Assembly: GCA_965209155.1 (NCBI GenBank)
Contig: OZ242383.1
Location: 416,001 to 480,000, forward strand
Direction of reading: 5' to 3'
Origin: a bacterium
GTDB lineage: Bacteria > SAR324 > NAC60-12
Length of the DNA: 64,000 nt
Part shown: positions 1-9,896 of the stretch, in pieces
Numbering within the stretch: the first letter of the stretch is position 1
How the letters are laid out: the number at the start of each line of letters is the position of its first letter
The notes under the pieces: model-generated
Told to the model about the DNA's origin: nothing
Seen by the model: the letters and a program-made list of their open reading frames with translations, nothing else
Databases searched by the model: none
Program-made: the position numbers and the translations under genes

Positions 1-1243
1 CTGCCAGACCCGAGTGACTCTGGTAGCGCGCCTCGGCACGCTTGGCCAGCAGTTTCATCACCATATTAGAAAGGGGTTTGGGCACCTGCGGCGCCATCTG
101 GTCCAGGGATACAGGCTGCCGGGCAATGTGAGCGTGGATGATTTCCATGGCCTCCCGGGATTGGAATGGCACCCTTCCAGTGAAAAGTTCATAAAGGGTG
201 GTGCCCAAGGAATAAAAATCACTGCGATAATCGAGGGGGCGGTTCATCCGCCCGGTCTGCTCGGGAGAGATATAGGGCAGGGTTTCCCCGCTTAGCTGGG
301 GACTCAACGTCGTCAAATTTTCCTTAGGCAACCGGGTGGCCAGGCCGAATCCGGTCAGTTTGACCGTTCCCGATGCCGGATCGACAAAAATATTGAACGG
401 ATTGACCATTTTATGCAGGATGCCCTGCCGGTGCACTTCTTTCAGAATACCGATCAGTGAAAGCGCTACCTTCAGCGAGTCCAGCAGGTCGAGCCGGGCT
501 GAGTCCATCAGCTTTCTTAAAGGAATCCCTTCGGTGTTTTCCAGGATCAAAGCCCATCCGTTCTCACACCGCACCAGCTCCTCTGACCTGAGGACCCCAT
601 CGATCTTGAGAGTCTGAGTGATCTCATGCTCATGCCGTATTTCCGCCAGCTCCTGCGCGCTCTGCTGGGATATGGGTCCCTTGATCAGAACCAAAAGCCC
701 ATCCCTTTGCCGCCTTCCACGCCAGAACCAGGCCCGGCTGCTTTCAAAAATGACCTCCTCCAGCGAATAACCCGGAATCTCCGGTTTTTCCAGACTGAGA
801 ACGGACTTCGTTTTGTTCACAACCGGTTTTGGAGGTACAGGAGAGGTTTTATTCGCTTTGGCCGCAGATTTCCGCGGATTTCCGCGGATGTGAGAAGTTT
901 TGAGTTTAACCTCCTGCTGCTTGCGGCCTTGAGAACGGTTTTGAATCTTACCCTCTGCTTGATCTCCTTTATTCTTCTTCGCATCCGCCGGATCACGATT
1001 CAGGGCAATATCATGCAGCAGCTTTTTAGCGATTTTTCGGGCCTCCCTGGTGGTCAATGACCCATGAATACCAATGGTATAGCGCCTCGAACGTCCCTCG
1101 ATGCGGTACTGCAAGAGATAGACCCGTCTGCCCTTGGGAGTTATTTTACAGCCGAACATCGGCAACTCCGTGTCCCACATAATGCTGTCTTTAGCCCCAG
1201 GCTTGAGGGACTCGACAGCCTGTTTAGTGATTTTGTCTTTCAT
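1..1243 (-). CDS. Integrase arm-DNA-binding domain fused to a Ser/Thr protein-kinase-like (probably pseudokinase) domain; runs off the window start
   Basis: Manual translation from ATG at 1243 is open to base 2 (absent from ORF track because no stop lies in the window). N-terminus MKDKITKQAVESLKPGAKDSIMWDTELPMFGCKITPKGRRVYLLQYRIEGRSRRYTIG...EAR is arm-domain-like. Kinase motifs HKMVNPFNI, KLTGFG and YISPEQTGRMNRPLDYRSDFYSLG resemble STK/AAA/sensor hybrid proteins. Confidence 0.85.
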   Translation of the reverse strand, partial: MKDKITKQAVESLKPGAKDSIMWDTELPMFGCKITPKGRRVYLLQYRIEGRSRRYTIGIHGSLTTREARKIAKKLLHDIALNRDPADAKKNKGDQAEGKIQNRSQGRKQQEVKLKTSHIRGNPRKSAAKANKTSPVPPKPVVNKTKSVLSLEKPEIPGYSLEEVIFESSRAWFWRGRRQRDGLLVLIKGPISQQSAQELAEIRHEHEITQTLKIDGVLRSEELVRCENGWALILENTEGIPLRKLMDSARLDLLDSLKVALSLIGILKEVHRQGILHKMVNPFNIFVDPASGTVKLTGFGLATRLPKENLTTLSPQLSGETLPYISPEQTGRMNRPLDYRSDFYSLGTTLYELFTGRVPFQSREAMEIIHAHIARQPVSLDQMAPQVPKPLSNMVMKLLAKRAEARYQSHSGLA

Positions 1244-1257
1244 GACTCTGGCCTAAT

Positions 1258-1527
1258 TGCGATAGCAAATAGAAAGCAATCCCTCTGCAATATCAAATAC
1301 TGGATCGTCTTGATCAGGCAAGTATATAATAAACAAACAGGACGCAACCTGTCAACGGAATTATTTGTCTGGTGGATGGCCGAATCCTGGAGAGATGAGA
1401 TGTTGAGTTGCTTACTGAAATCGGGTCTGAATGCGATAGCATATAGATAGCATTTCCTCTGAATTTTCAGGAGCTGGGTTATCTTGATCAAACGAATAAA
1501 TAGTAAGCAAACAGGACGCAATCTGTC
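1258..1527. repeat. Imperfect ~96-bp direct repeat (1258-1353 and 1432-1527) upstream of the arm-kinase gene
   Basis: Both copies begin tgcgatagca and end aaacaggacgcaa(c/t)ctgtc; period 174 bp. Confidence 0.8.
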
Positions 1528-1702
1528 TACTTGATCCACTTTTTCGGTGCAGCGTTTGCTTTGCGGAAAGGCCACGGAATTCTCATTGGACTGTTGGAAC
1601 AGCAAAGGTAAATCAAACCCTGCTGTGCTATATAAAGAAATCACTTTGGGATTTCGGATACCAGCGATTGCTTTTACAAATGGTAGTGTGAGGGATCAAC
1701 TG

Positions 1703-1792
1703 ATGATAAAAGAAGAAATTCAGAAGTATCTACGAGCATTGAATGACGAACTCCAGCGTATCGATGTAAAAGGAGAGGTTTGCCTTTGTTGA
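1703..1792 (+). pseudogene. Short gene remnant, possibly the N-terminus of a nucleotidyltransferase-like protein
   Basis: MIKEEIQKYLRALNDELQRIDVKGEVCL then an early stop; family guess from motif only. Confidence 0.3.
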
Positions 1793-1997
1793 CAGGCTTC
1801 TTGAAGAGCCTCGAGGTGGGGAATTGATGAAAGGGAATCAATATATTTTTGAGCTTTCGAGAGCATAAAGTCCTTTCCGGACTCTATGCCAGGCAAAATC
1901 TGTGCTTAAATCGATGGGTTCTCTGAAGATACCTGAATAGTTACAGTGGATGGCGCTTCTTCCAACCGCCACATCTTTGGAAAGGAATTGAAGCATT

Positions 1998-3239
1998 TCA
2001 TAGTTTATCAGCCAGCCGTTTCAACAGGATTTGGGCAATTTGAGGTTTTCCCACCATCTTTTCTACAGGCGAGTTTCGTGCTACCAACCAAGCCACTTGC
2101 TCCCCCTCCGTGCCTTTTTCTTCCCCCCGGTTTGCTACAACAAGAGAAGATCCTTTTTTCAAATGAAACCGAGCAATTGTCATTAATTTTTCATGGGTAA
2201 CCTGTTCTTCGTACTTAAAGGTGACCATAAAAAGCTTGGGGAATTGTTCAGAGACCTGTTGGGTGATTTTTTCGGTAGGAATCAATTTAAGGGTTTGAGA
2301 TTGTCCACTGGGCATTTTTCCGTGAAATATAGATTCTGGTCGATAATCCGCAACAGCGGCTGAAAAAATACCTGCAGAGATCGGGTGAGTTTGAATCATT
2401 TGTTTGACGGTTTCCCTGTAATCGTCATAAGTTTCAACAACTCGAGTCTGCACATAGTCTGGAGAAGAATGGCTGCCTGCACCCAAAATCAAGTGTACGT
2501 TTGCACCTTGAAAATAAGCCTCTTTGGCAATTTCGATGGAAAGAGCGCCAGTGAAACGAGTGGTGATGCAGCGAATATGATCCAGGTACACGGGAGTCGA
2601 ACCTCCTGTTATCAATACATCCAAGCCTTTCAGAGGAGCGGGAGGGATTCCCCGAATTGTTTCGGCAACCAATGTTTCTTTGGAGGGTAATTTATTTTTC
2701 CCGTTTTCCTGACGTGGCGGAATAAGAACGACTCCCATGGAGCGAAGCTTTTTCAATGACTCGCTCAGGATCCTGTTGTGCAAATTACCATGCATCGCAG
2801 GAGCGATCAAAATCGTCGATTGGTTCTGTTCCAGCTTCCCCAGAGCAGACGCCAATGTGGATGAAACAACACAATCGGCAATTCCATGGACCAACTTGTT
2901 GATCACATTATAAGTGGCCGGGGCAAGCAAATAGGCATCAAATGGAGCGGAATCGCTCAAATGCTCGGCTTCCGCAGTAAACTCATCGATCACTCGGTTG
3001 AGAGAAGTCCATTCGAGAGCGTCTTTGCTTACATAACGCAGACCTTCTCTTGTAATAAAAACTACAACCTCAGCACCTTCTCGACGTAGCTCCCGCACCA
3101 GGTCTGGTGCGCGATATGCGGCAATACTGCCTGTGAGCAAAAGCGCGATCCGTTTTCCTCTCAGATGATTGCCTCTTTCTCGGACGTCGTGATCTTTCAG
3201 TTCAGACGGGGGAGGCGGGTCTAAATCCCAATCCATCAT
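1998..3239 (-). CDS. coaBC: Bifunctional phosphopantothenoylcysteine decarboxylase/synthetase
   Basis: TGSIAAY, APATYN, APAMH, LITGGST and SAAVADY motifs. Confidence 0.93.
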   Translation of the reverse strand: MMDWDLDPPPPSELKDHDVRERGNHLRGKRIALLLTGSIAAYRAPDLVRELRREGAEVVVFITREGLRYVSKDALEWTSLNRVIDEFTAEAEHLSDSAPFDAYLLAPATYNVINKLVHGIADCVVSSTLASALGKLEQNQSTILIAPAMHGNLHNRILSESLKKLRSMGVVLIPPRQENGKNKLPSKETLVAETIRGIPPAPLKGLDVLITGGSTPVYLDHIRCITTRFTGALSIEIAKEAYFQGANVHLILGAGSHSSPDYVQTRVVETYDDYRETVKQMIQTHPISAGIFSAAVADYRPESIFHGKMPSGQSQTLKLIPTEKITQQVSEQFPKLFMVTFKYEEQVTHEKLMTIARFHLKKGSSLVVANRGEEKGTEGEQVAWLVARNSPVEKMVGKPQIAQILLKRLADKL

Positions 3240-3621
3240 TCGTCTCCTGTTTTTTACATTCTTATCATCGAGTATTTCCAGAAAAAGTATGACTGGAAAG
3301 CAATTTCAATGATTTCTATTTGTAAAATTCATAAAATATAGCACAAATGTCAGGAAATTGCCGAGGATGCCTCATGGAAAGTATTCCCGGCCCCCTGAAC
3401 CGGGCGCTGAAGGCGCATCGAAATTTAATTTTTTCGAGTGCTTGCCATCCATCAATAGTCACCGGAGGTCCCCTCCCAATTTCACCCCTTCCGCGACTTC
3501 TCACCGCCAACCCCTCCCTATGCGGGACATATCATAATCGTAAGTGCAAAACTGCGCGAAGTGGTCCTGAAAGGGCTTAACATATTAACCCAGGACAACG
3601 CCCTGGGATGTATGGGAGAAA

Positions 3622-4233
3622 CTACAATAAATGAAATTCTTTGAGAACGTTTGCCAGAGGTGGGTCGGTGGCGGCTAATTTGCGTAAGGCAGCGATCAAG
3701 TCTTGCAAACGGTTGTCTTTTTTGATCTCTTGCACCGCTTGCGCTACAGCCCGGTCGATAATCGCTTCTTCTTTAGGAGCGGCGTCCCGCTCCAACGTTT
3801 CCAGGGTCTCTTGTTTTGCTTTGCGAATAACAGTGCGTCGATCCCAATAAGCAAATCCGATGACACCCAGAGTCAGGACGGTAAAAATGCCGGCAATCAG
3901 CTGCAAGGTATTCATCATCTGTTCAAAGCGCTTATCGACTTGTTCAAAGCGTTTGTTCATGTCTTCCCTTAATTCGTCAATGCGCTTATCGACTTGTTCA
4001 AAGCGTTGATCGGTAGCTTCCATAAAGAGCGTTAAGGTGGTTTCCAGCCGAATGATACGCTCTCGATCTTCCTGGGTAAATCCCATCGTTTGTTGCCCGA
4101 ATACCGCCACATGGCTCAACAACAAGCTCACTCCTCCCATCAACCAAATGATCCAAAATCTTCTCATAACCTCCCTTTTTCCCCAAACTGGAATAACTGC
4201 TTGCAGTTTACCACTGTTCGTCCTTTCCTGCAA
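3622..4233 (-). CDS. Membrane-anchored coiled-coil protein with RFEQVDK heptad repeats (true start probably downstream)
   Basis: Signal-like N-terminus, repeated RFEQVDKR, one C-proximal TM helix. Confidence 0.65.
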   Translation of the reverse strand: MQERTNSGKLQAVIPVWGKREVMRRFWIIWLMGGVSLLLSHVAVFGQQTMGFTQEDRERIIRLETTLTLFMEATDQRFEQVDKRIDELREDMNKRFEQVDKRFEQMMNTLQLIAGIFTVLTLGVIGFAYWDRRTVIRKAKQETLETLERDAAPKEEAIIDRAVAQAVQEIKKDNRLQDLIAALRKLAATDPPLANVLKEFHLL

Positions 4234-4327
4234 TTGTCTGGCAAACGATGAAATTTGATCGCTTTAAATTTTAAACAATCGCTCTCTATCTACGAGTGGG
4301 TGAGGACCGTTTCGACACCACGGTGGT

Positions 4328-4502
4328 TAAACGCAAACGAGACCTCCTGCCCGACTGATCAATCCTTTCAGCTGATAAACTCGCAAAATTTGTCCTCGTA
4401 AAAAAGAGGAACGACCCCTCCCTTTTTCCTTCCTGAGAATCGCTCATTTTCCTTCCTCCTCGTATTTGGTATTTGAGAAAATCGGGTTCGAGAGAATCTA
4501 CT
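4328..4502 (+). pseudogene. Orphan remnant of the DppC-like permease 3' end plus its downstream sequence
   Basis: aaacgcaaacgagacctcct...ctgatcaatcctttca...aaaatttgtcctcgt matches 50188-50262; cctttttccttcctgagaatcgc...cgagagaatcta matches 43434-43515. Confidence 0.75.
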
Positions 4503-4625
4503 CATTGGATTGGAATTTTTACGAGAATCTGATAAGGATAGGAAAATCGGAATGAGAATGGAATTGTGGTTGCATATAATCCATAGCGCCATTAGCGAGA
4601 TTGTCAAACTAACTACAGTCCAATT

Positions 4626-5696
4626 ATGGAGCTGGAAACTGCAAGTAAAAACGACAAACTTATGAAGAAACTCATTTTGTTTCATCTTTTTATAGTGTTT
4701 TCTCCTGCATTGTGGGCTCAAACACAAATCCCGGAAGGGCTGATTTTGTATGAAAAACCAGCGGCCACTCTACTCATTGTGGACAAAACCCAATGCTATA
4801 TGAGTGTATTTCAAAAAAAATCATCCTGGGAATTGATTGAACAGTATCAATGTACGACCGGAAAAACCCCGGGTGATAAACAAAAGGAAGGGGATTTAAA
4901 AACTCCCACGGGCTTGTACTTTTTTACGGATGCCTGGACCGGAGAAGAATTGGTGCAGAACTATGGAACCGCAGCAAAAATTTATGGTGCAGGGGCTTTT
5001 CAACTAAATTATCCCAATTATCTGGATAAAGTCCTTTTCCGAAAAAATGGATATGGTATTTGGCTTCATGGGACGGATCAAGGACATCCTTCCGCAACTC
5101 GGGGTTGCGTTTCTACGACCAATGCCGATCTTCTGAAAATTGCAAATTTCATCAATTTGCACGAAACCCCATTGATCATTGAAGAATCGATTGAATATGT
5201 TTCAGCAGTTGATATTCAAAATGTGAGGAAGGAGTTACTTGATTTCATTGAAAAATGGAGAGTAGCTTGGGAATCGGATCAAATGGACCGATATTTATCA
5301 TTTTACTCTAGTGATTTCAAAACAACTCGATTCAACTATCCGGGTTGGAAACAATACAAAAGTTGGACGAATAAGAAAAATCAGAATAGGCTGATCAGCA
5401 TTCGCGATATTTCCATTTTAAAGGCCAAAGGGATATATAATATTCAATTTGTGCAACATTTTCATTCTTCGGGAATAAATGATGTTGGTCAGAAACGTCT
5501 CTATGTGGTGAAAGAGGGAGATCAATTTCGCATCATCAGTGAAACGTGGAAAGCTTTGAAATCAACTCCCTCTCACCAGCAGCACGCCCTCAAAAAACAT
5601 GCCCATCAAGAAATGGCAGTCGACTTGAGTGAAGAGACTCTAATAAATAATCTTAGTACCCGTTCCCTTGTCAGTAAACAATTCGGTAATCACTGA
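4626..5696 (+). CDS. L,D-transpeptidase (YkuD family) with C-terminal NTF2-like domain; likely start 4662
   Basis: EGDLKTPTG, LNYPN and IWLHG...TRGCV catalytic motif; signal peptide. Confidence 0.88.
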   Translation: MELETASKNDKLMKKLILFHLFIVFSPALWAQTQIPEGLILYEKPAATLLIVDKTQCYMSVFQKKSSWELIEQYQCTTGKTPGDKQKEGDLKTPTGLYFFTDAWTGEELVQNYGTAAKIYGAGAFQLNYPNYLDKVLFRKNGYGIWLHGTDQGHPSATRGCVSTTNADLLKIANFINLHETPLIIEESIEYVSAVDIQNVRKELLDFIEKWRVAWESDQMDRYLSFYSSDFKTTRFNYPGWKQYKSWTNKKNQNRLISIRDISILKAKGIYNIQFVQHFHSSGINDVGQKRLYVVKEGDQFRIISETWKALKSTPSHQQHALKKHAHQEMAVDLSEETLINNLSTRSLVSKQFGNH

Positions 5697-6497
5697 ATGA
5701 GGATCTGTACCATTGATGATATGAGCCGAGGGGACGCCTGCAGTAACACAGCTCAAGACTGCCTCTGCTTTGGGTACCATTCCGCCATGAATGAGCCCTA
5801 CGCTCAGCAAACGTTTCACTTCTTCGACACCCAGTTCTGGTTGCAGCTTATCTCCCACCATAATGCCATTGACGTCCGTCATAAAAATTATTTTATAGGC
5901 TTGCACAGCAACCGCAATTGAAGCGGCTACCGTGTCGGCGTTGAGGTTATAAGTGACGCCTCCTTCTCCCAAACCAATGGGAGATATGACGGGTAAAAAT
6001 TCTTTTTGCATCAAGACATGTAATAGTTCCGGATTGATTCGTTTGATATCTCCCACATAACCCAAGTCCACTCCACTCTCATGTTCTTTTTTAAAAGCTT
6101 CAATCAAACAACCATCTTTGCCACTCAATCCAACTGCCTTGCCATCAAAGGTATTGAGGTGGGCAATGATTTCTTTGTTGACGGTTCCGGATAGCACCAT
6201 TTCCGCCACTTTGATATTTTCTTCACTGGTGACCCGCAATCCATCAATGAACGACACTTTTTGTCCCAATTGTTGCATTGTCTTACTGATTTCGGGTCCT
6301 CCACCATGAACAATGACAGGTTGCATTCCGAGGGATTGTAACAAAACGATATCCTGCGCAAACTGGATTTTCAGGTCCTCTTCAATCATCGCTGCCCCTC
6401 CATACTTGATCACTACGATCTTATCTTTGAACTCTTGGATATAGGCAAGTGCTTCGAGGAGGAGATTTTTTTTCTCTTCTGTGGCAATTTCATGCAT
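5640..6497 (-). CDS. argB: Acetylglutamate kinase (start trimmed to MHEIA)
   Basis: IKYGGAAM, VHGGGPEI, GLRVT, NLNAD, GGMVPK. Confidence 0.95.
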   Translation of the reverse strand: MHEIATEEKKNLLLEALAYIQEFKDKIVVIKYGGAAMIEEDLKIQFAQDIVLLQSLGMQPVIVHGGGPEISKTMQQLGQKVSFIDGLRVTSEENIKVAEMVLSGTVNKEIIAHLNTFDGKAVGLSGKDGCLIEAFKKEHESGVDLGYVGDIKRINPELLHVLMQKEFLPVISPIGLGEGGVTYNLNADTVAASIAVAVQAYKIIFMTDVNGIMVGDKLQPELGVEEVKRLLSVGLIHGGMVPKAEAVLSCVTAGVPSAHIINGTDPHSVITELFTDKGTGTKIIY

Positions 6498-8241
6498 GTT
6501 GGACACTTGATTTGGCCTTATCACCCCGGGTGGAAGCGTGATTGAGCATTCGAAATCGGAACAGACAATTTTCGAATGAGATTTCGTCTCCTTCTTTGAG
6601 AAACCGTTGTTCCACTCTTCGGCGATTGACAAAAGTTCCTTCCTGATTGCTCAAGCTGACCAGTTTGTATTGCGTACCAATTCTAATAATTTTTGCATGT
6701 CTGAGTGCGATTTGAGAACTGTTCAGGACAACGTTGTTAGTTTTTGAACGACCAAAGAAAGTAATATTTTTTACCAGGTAATACTCCTGGCGCGTGGTCA
6801 TATTGATCAATGTTCCGACTTTCTTCCGGATGGGACCTAAAGGTTTGTCAAAATAGATGGGAATGGGAACCTGTTCATCGAGTTCAACATCCTTGTTGAT
6901 GTAATTGGTTTGATTCAGATAAATTAAAGTCATTTCTCCAATATCCAGAACGTCTCCATGCCGCAGTAAATAACGCTTTATCCGACGCCGGTTTATCAAC
7001 AATGCATTTTTATAGTTTTTATCTTCCAGAAAATAACTATTTTGCTCTGCCGTTAAGAGAACTTTGTCCAAATTAGCTGATAAACGTAAATTCCTCTTGG
7101 TTCGAATGGTAGAAAGAAAATCCAGTACATATGAACTTTGGTTGAGAGGAATAAACTGAAAATTTTCCCCTGGTGTCATAATTTGAAATCCAGTTTGCTT
7201 GGATAAAACGACAGACTTACGGTTCTTAAACAATAGCCTGCCGATACCGATTAAAAAGATTCCCCCGATACCGACAAGTCCTGAAAGTGGCATAGGTTTT
7301 TGGGTATGAGGCCAGATAGAAACATAATCCGCATGATGATGAATACTCTCTACTCCATGTTTCCCGATAAACTTGATTTCAATATCATGGGGAATGCTGC
7401 CCAGTGTTTTCAATTGATAGGTCAGTAAATATTCCTGCGATATTTTTTTTTGAATTTTCTGCAGCACTGAAGGCAGCTGCGCCATTGTGTCCAAACGATA
7501 AATTTCGCTTCTTCTCTCACTGACCAGCCTTTCCAGCCATTGAGGAGCTACTCCAATAACGATTGGAAAAAATGAAATCTGATACTTTTGTAAAAAATGG
7601 TTTATTGTATCTTCCAGGATTACCGATTCATTCCAAGAGGTGAAATCAGAAGTGATCAGGATGAGCCATTGCCGCTTGCCCCGTTGCTGAAACAATTCGG
7701 ATTGTTCTAAAATGAACTCGGCCCCAGCTTTTTTATGACTCGAATCGAGCTCCAATTCTTTGAGAAATGTTTCATATTTCTCTTTTGACCCAACAGGCTT
7801 TGATTGTAATCCGGAACCATTGAAATTGAGAAAGATTTCGTCTCTGACTTCCTTTTGTAGAATGAATTGATTTAAAGCACCCAGAATGGTTTCGAAATTT
7901 TTAGAAACAAGGGGCAGTTCCGGGTCCACCAGAAAGGCGATCCGTTGATCAAATTGTTGAAATTGATAACCAAAACCAGCAAATAAATAGGGTTCGTTAT
8001 TTACTTTAAAAATGACGTTATCCTTCGACAAATTGGCAATGTGTTGGTTATTTTCATCATAAATTTGTAAAAAAATATATCGTTCTCCTCCCATTGTAGC
8101 CAAATGGGAATCGATCATACTGATTTGAATTTGCCATTGACTTGCATCCGTTGACCCGATAATCAGGAAAAAGGCAATACAAGTCCAAAATACCCGCAAA
8201 AAGAGATAACGGATTATAAAAGAAACTGTATTTGGAATCAT
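6490..8241 (-). CDS. Membrane protein with an N-terminal extracytoplasmic (VWA-like) region and two cytoplasmic FHA domains
   Basis: FFGRSKTNNVVL..IALRHA..GTFVN FHA motif, LRHGDVLDIG, central TM. Confidence 0.75.
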   Translation of the reverse strand: MIPNTVSFIIRYLFLRVFWTCIAFFLIIGSTDASQWQIQISMIDSHLATMGGERYIFLQIYDENNQHIANLSKDNVIFKVNNEPYLFAGFGYQFQQFDQRIAFLVDPELPLVSKNFETILGALNQFILQKEVRDEIFLNFNGSGLQSKPVGSKEKYETFLKELELDSSHKKAGAEFILEQSELFQQRGKRQWLILITSDFTSWNESVILEDTINHFLQKYQISFFPIVIGVAPQWLERLVSERRSEIYRLDTMAQLPSVLQKIQKKISQEYLLTYQLKTLGSIPHDIEIKFIGKHGVESIHHHADYVSIWPHTQKPMPLSGLVGIGGIFLIGIGRLLFKNRKSVVLSKQTGFQIMTPGENFQFIPLNQSSYVLDFLSTIRTKRNLRLSANLDKVLLTAEQNSYFLEDKNYKNALLINRRRIKRYLLRHGDVLDIGEMTLIYLNQTNYINKDVELDEQVPIPIYFDKPLGPIRKKVGTLINMTTRQEYYLVKNITFFGRSKTNNVVLNSSQIALRHAKIIRIGTQYKLVSLSNQEGTFVNRRRVEQRFLKEGDEISFENCLFRFRMLNHASTRGDKAKSSVQHA

Positions 8242-9140
8242 GAGACCTCACAAAATTGAAGCAATGCTGATCCGAGTTTTATGATATCGCCGTTTTTCAT
8301 AGTTTGTTGTTCAACAAAACGATAATTGACATAAACTTGTCCCCCGGGGCAAACATTGATGATCTGATAATTTTGTTTATATTTAATTAAATGCGCATGG
8401 GTATCGCACACTTCAATATAGCCTCTCAAAATCACGTCGTTGTGAGGTTGGTAACCCATTGAATATTTATTTTTGTCCATCAGATAGATTTTTCCCTTGC
8501 TCTTACCAGTCAACACCCGCAAATAAACTTTTGAAGAAAAAACCTCGAAAAGAACAATCGACAATGACAAGATCATTCCAAAAACAATGAGACCAACCAG
8601 GTCGCCCATTATGGCAGTTGGCAACAGTTGGTATGCTTCGAAAAACAATCCTCCCAGCATTCCTCCGCAAATGGCACCTGCAATCTGGGAAATACTTTTC
8701 TTTGAAGAAGGCGTTGCGAAATTAATCAAGAGGCTTAACCAAAATCCAAATAGCGTCCAGCTGGCCACTCGCACCCATGAGAATGGGATGGCAATGGGCA
8801 GTGCCAGCAAACACTGACCCATCGTAAAACCCAGGAAACCACTTACTAATCCGAGACAAATACCGATGGGAATACTTTTCCGAAGTACAAAAAAATTTTC
8901 AAATAAAAGATCCTCTTTGGATTTGATAAAAATTCCTATCCCTATGCCAACGATGATTCCTTCATAGATGAATAAATCGAGCATAGGAAAAGGACCAATC
9001 CTCTCCTCTCCATATAAAAACACCTGAAGAAGGGACCAGCTGAAAAGTCCGCCAATGCCTCCAATCAACATATTTTGAATCAATCGTATAATTTTCATAG
9101 TTTCAACCTTTGCTGCGAGATCGCTTGAAAATACACGCAA
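8238..9140 (-). CDS. Polytopic membrane protein with C-terminal FHA domain
   Basis: Gly-rich TM helices followed by ...THAHL...VYVN...NGDIIKLG. Confidence 0.75.
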   Translation of the reverse strand: MRVFSSDLAAKVETMKIIRLIQNMLIGGIGGLFSWSLLQVFLYGEERIGPFPMLDLFIYEGIIVGIGIGIFIKSKEDLLFENFFVLRKSIPIGICLGLVSGFLGFTMGQCLLALPIAIPFSWVRVASWTLFGFWLSLLINFATPSSKKSISQIAGAICGGMLGGLFFEAYQLLPTAIMGDLVGLIVFGMILSLSIVLFEVFSSKVYLRVLTGKSKGKIYLMDKNKYSMGYQPHNDVILRGYIEVCDTHAHLIKYKQNYQIINVCPGGQVYVNYRFVEQQTMKNGDIIKLGSALLQFCEVS

Positions 9141-9660
9141 AAGAGTATCTTTTTTTTAAATTCGGTTAATATGCGGCAAGCATCGCCATGAAGCAGACAC
9201 AGTCAGTTCACTTTTAGTGGACTATGGCCCCTTTGGAGATATGCTACACCAAGTCGACAATTCCGTACCGGGGAAGCAGTTCTTTTCAGGCGTGAAATAG
9301 AAGGCAGGATTTCGGAATGAGAGGCAGCGAAAGAATCCTTTGATTTGATCTTCACATGAAAAACAGAAGAATCTCTCGATTTAGAGAATTTTCTTCCGGA
9401 TTTTCAAAGAGTCAATATTCGTATTTATATCCAGATAAATATTGCAAGGTTACATCAGATTCAATTTTTAAAAATAATCGGTGTATATTCAAACAGATTC
9501 TTATTGATTTTCTTTTTGCAAAGATTAAAAATTCTTCTGTCTTTTTTGTTTGCGTCTCATAACTCGATAGTGTTGGAATCCTTTGTCATCTCTGTTTTTG
9601 TTTCTCTCTACGCCTGTTTGGTGAATCACTTCAGTTATCGCGTATTTTTATTTTTACTCG

Positions 9661-9896
9661 AAGTTTAAAGATTCTCAAGTGAAAGATATAAAATCGTGTC
9701 CCAATTTTTTGCCCGCCGGCGAATGAAAGTTGGAATATCAAGATCGTTGGTAAAATCACTACGATGCCGTTTCCGAAGTTTAAAGATTCTCAAGTGAAAG
9801 ATATTATCTAAAATCGTGTCCCAATTTTTTTGCCCGCCGGCGAATGAAAGTTGGAATATCAAGATCGTTGGTAAAATCACTACGATGCCGTTTCCG
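9661..9896. repeat. Imperfect tandem duplication of the ftsZ 3' end (9661-9775 and 9776-9896)
   Basis: Two near-identical copies differing by a 5-bp indel and one T in a homopolymer. Confidence 0.9.

Noticed and set aside
14..1450. Plus-strand ORFs 14-295, 336-617, 626-1060 and 1064-1450
   Set aside because: Shadows of the long minus-strand arm-kinase ORF.
6498..6632. N-terminal extension of argB in the ORF track
   Set aside because: Overlaps the FHA gene; the ATG at 6497 gives a normal-length ArgB.
9423..9436. Short match (tatttatatccaga) to the reverse complement of a leader segment
   Set aside because: Too short and AT-rich to distinguish from chance.
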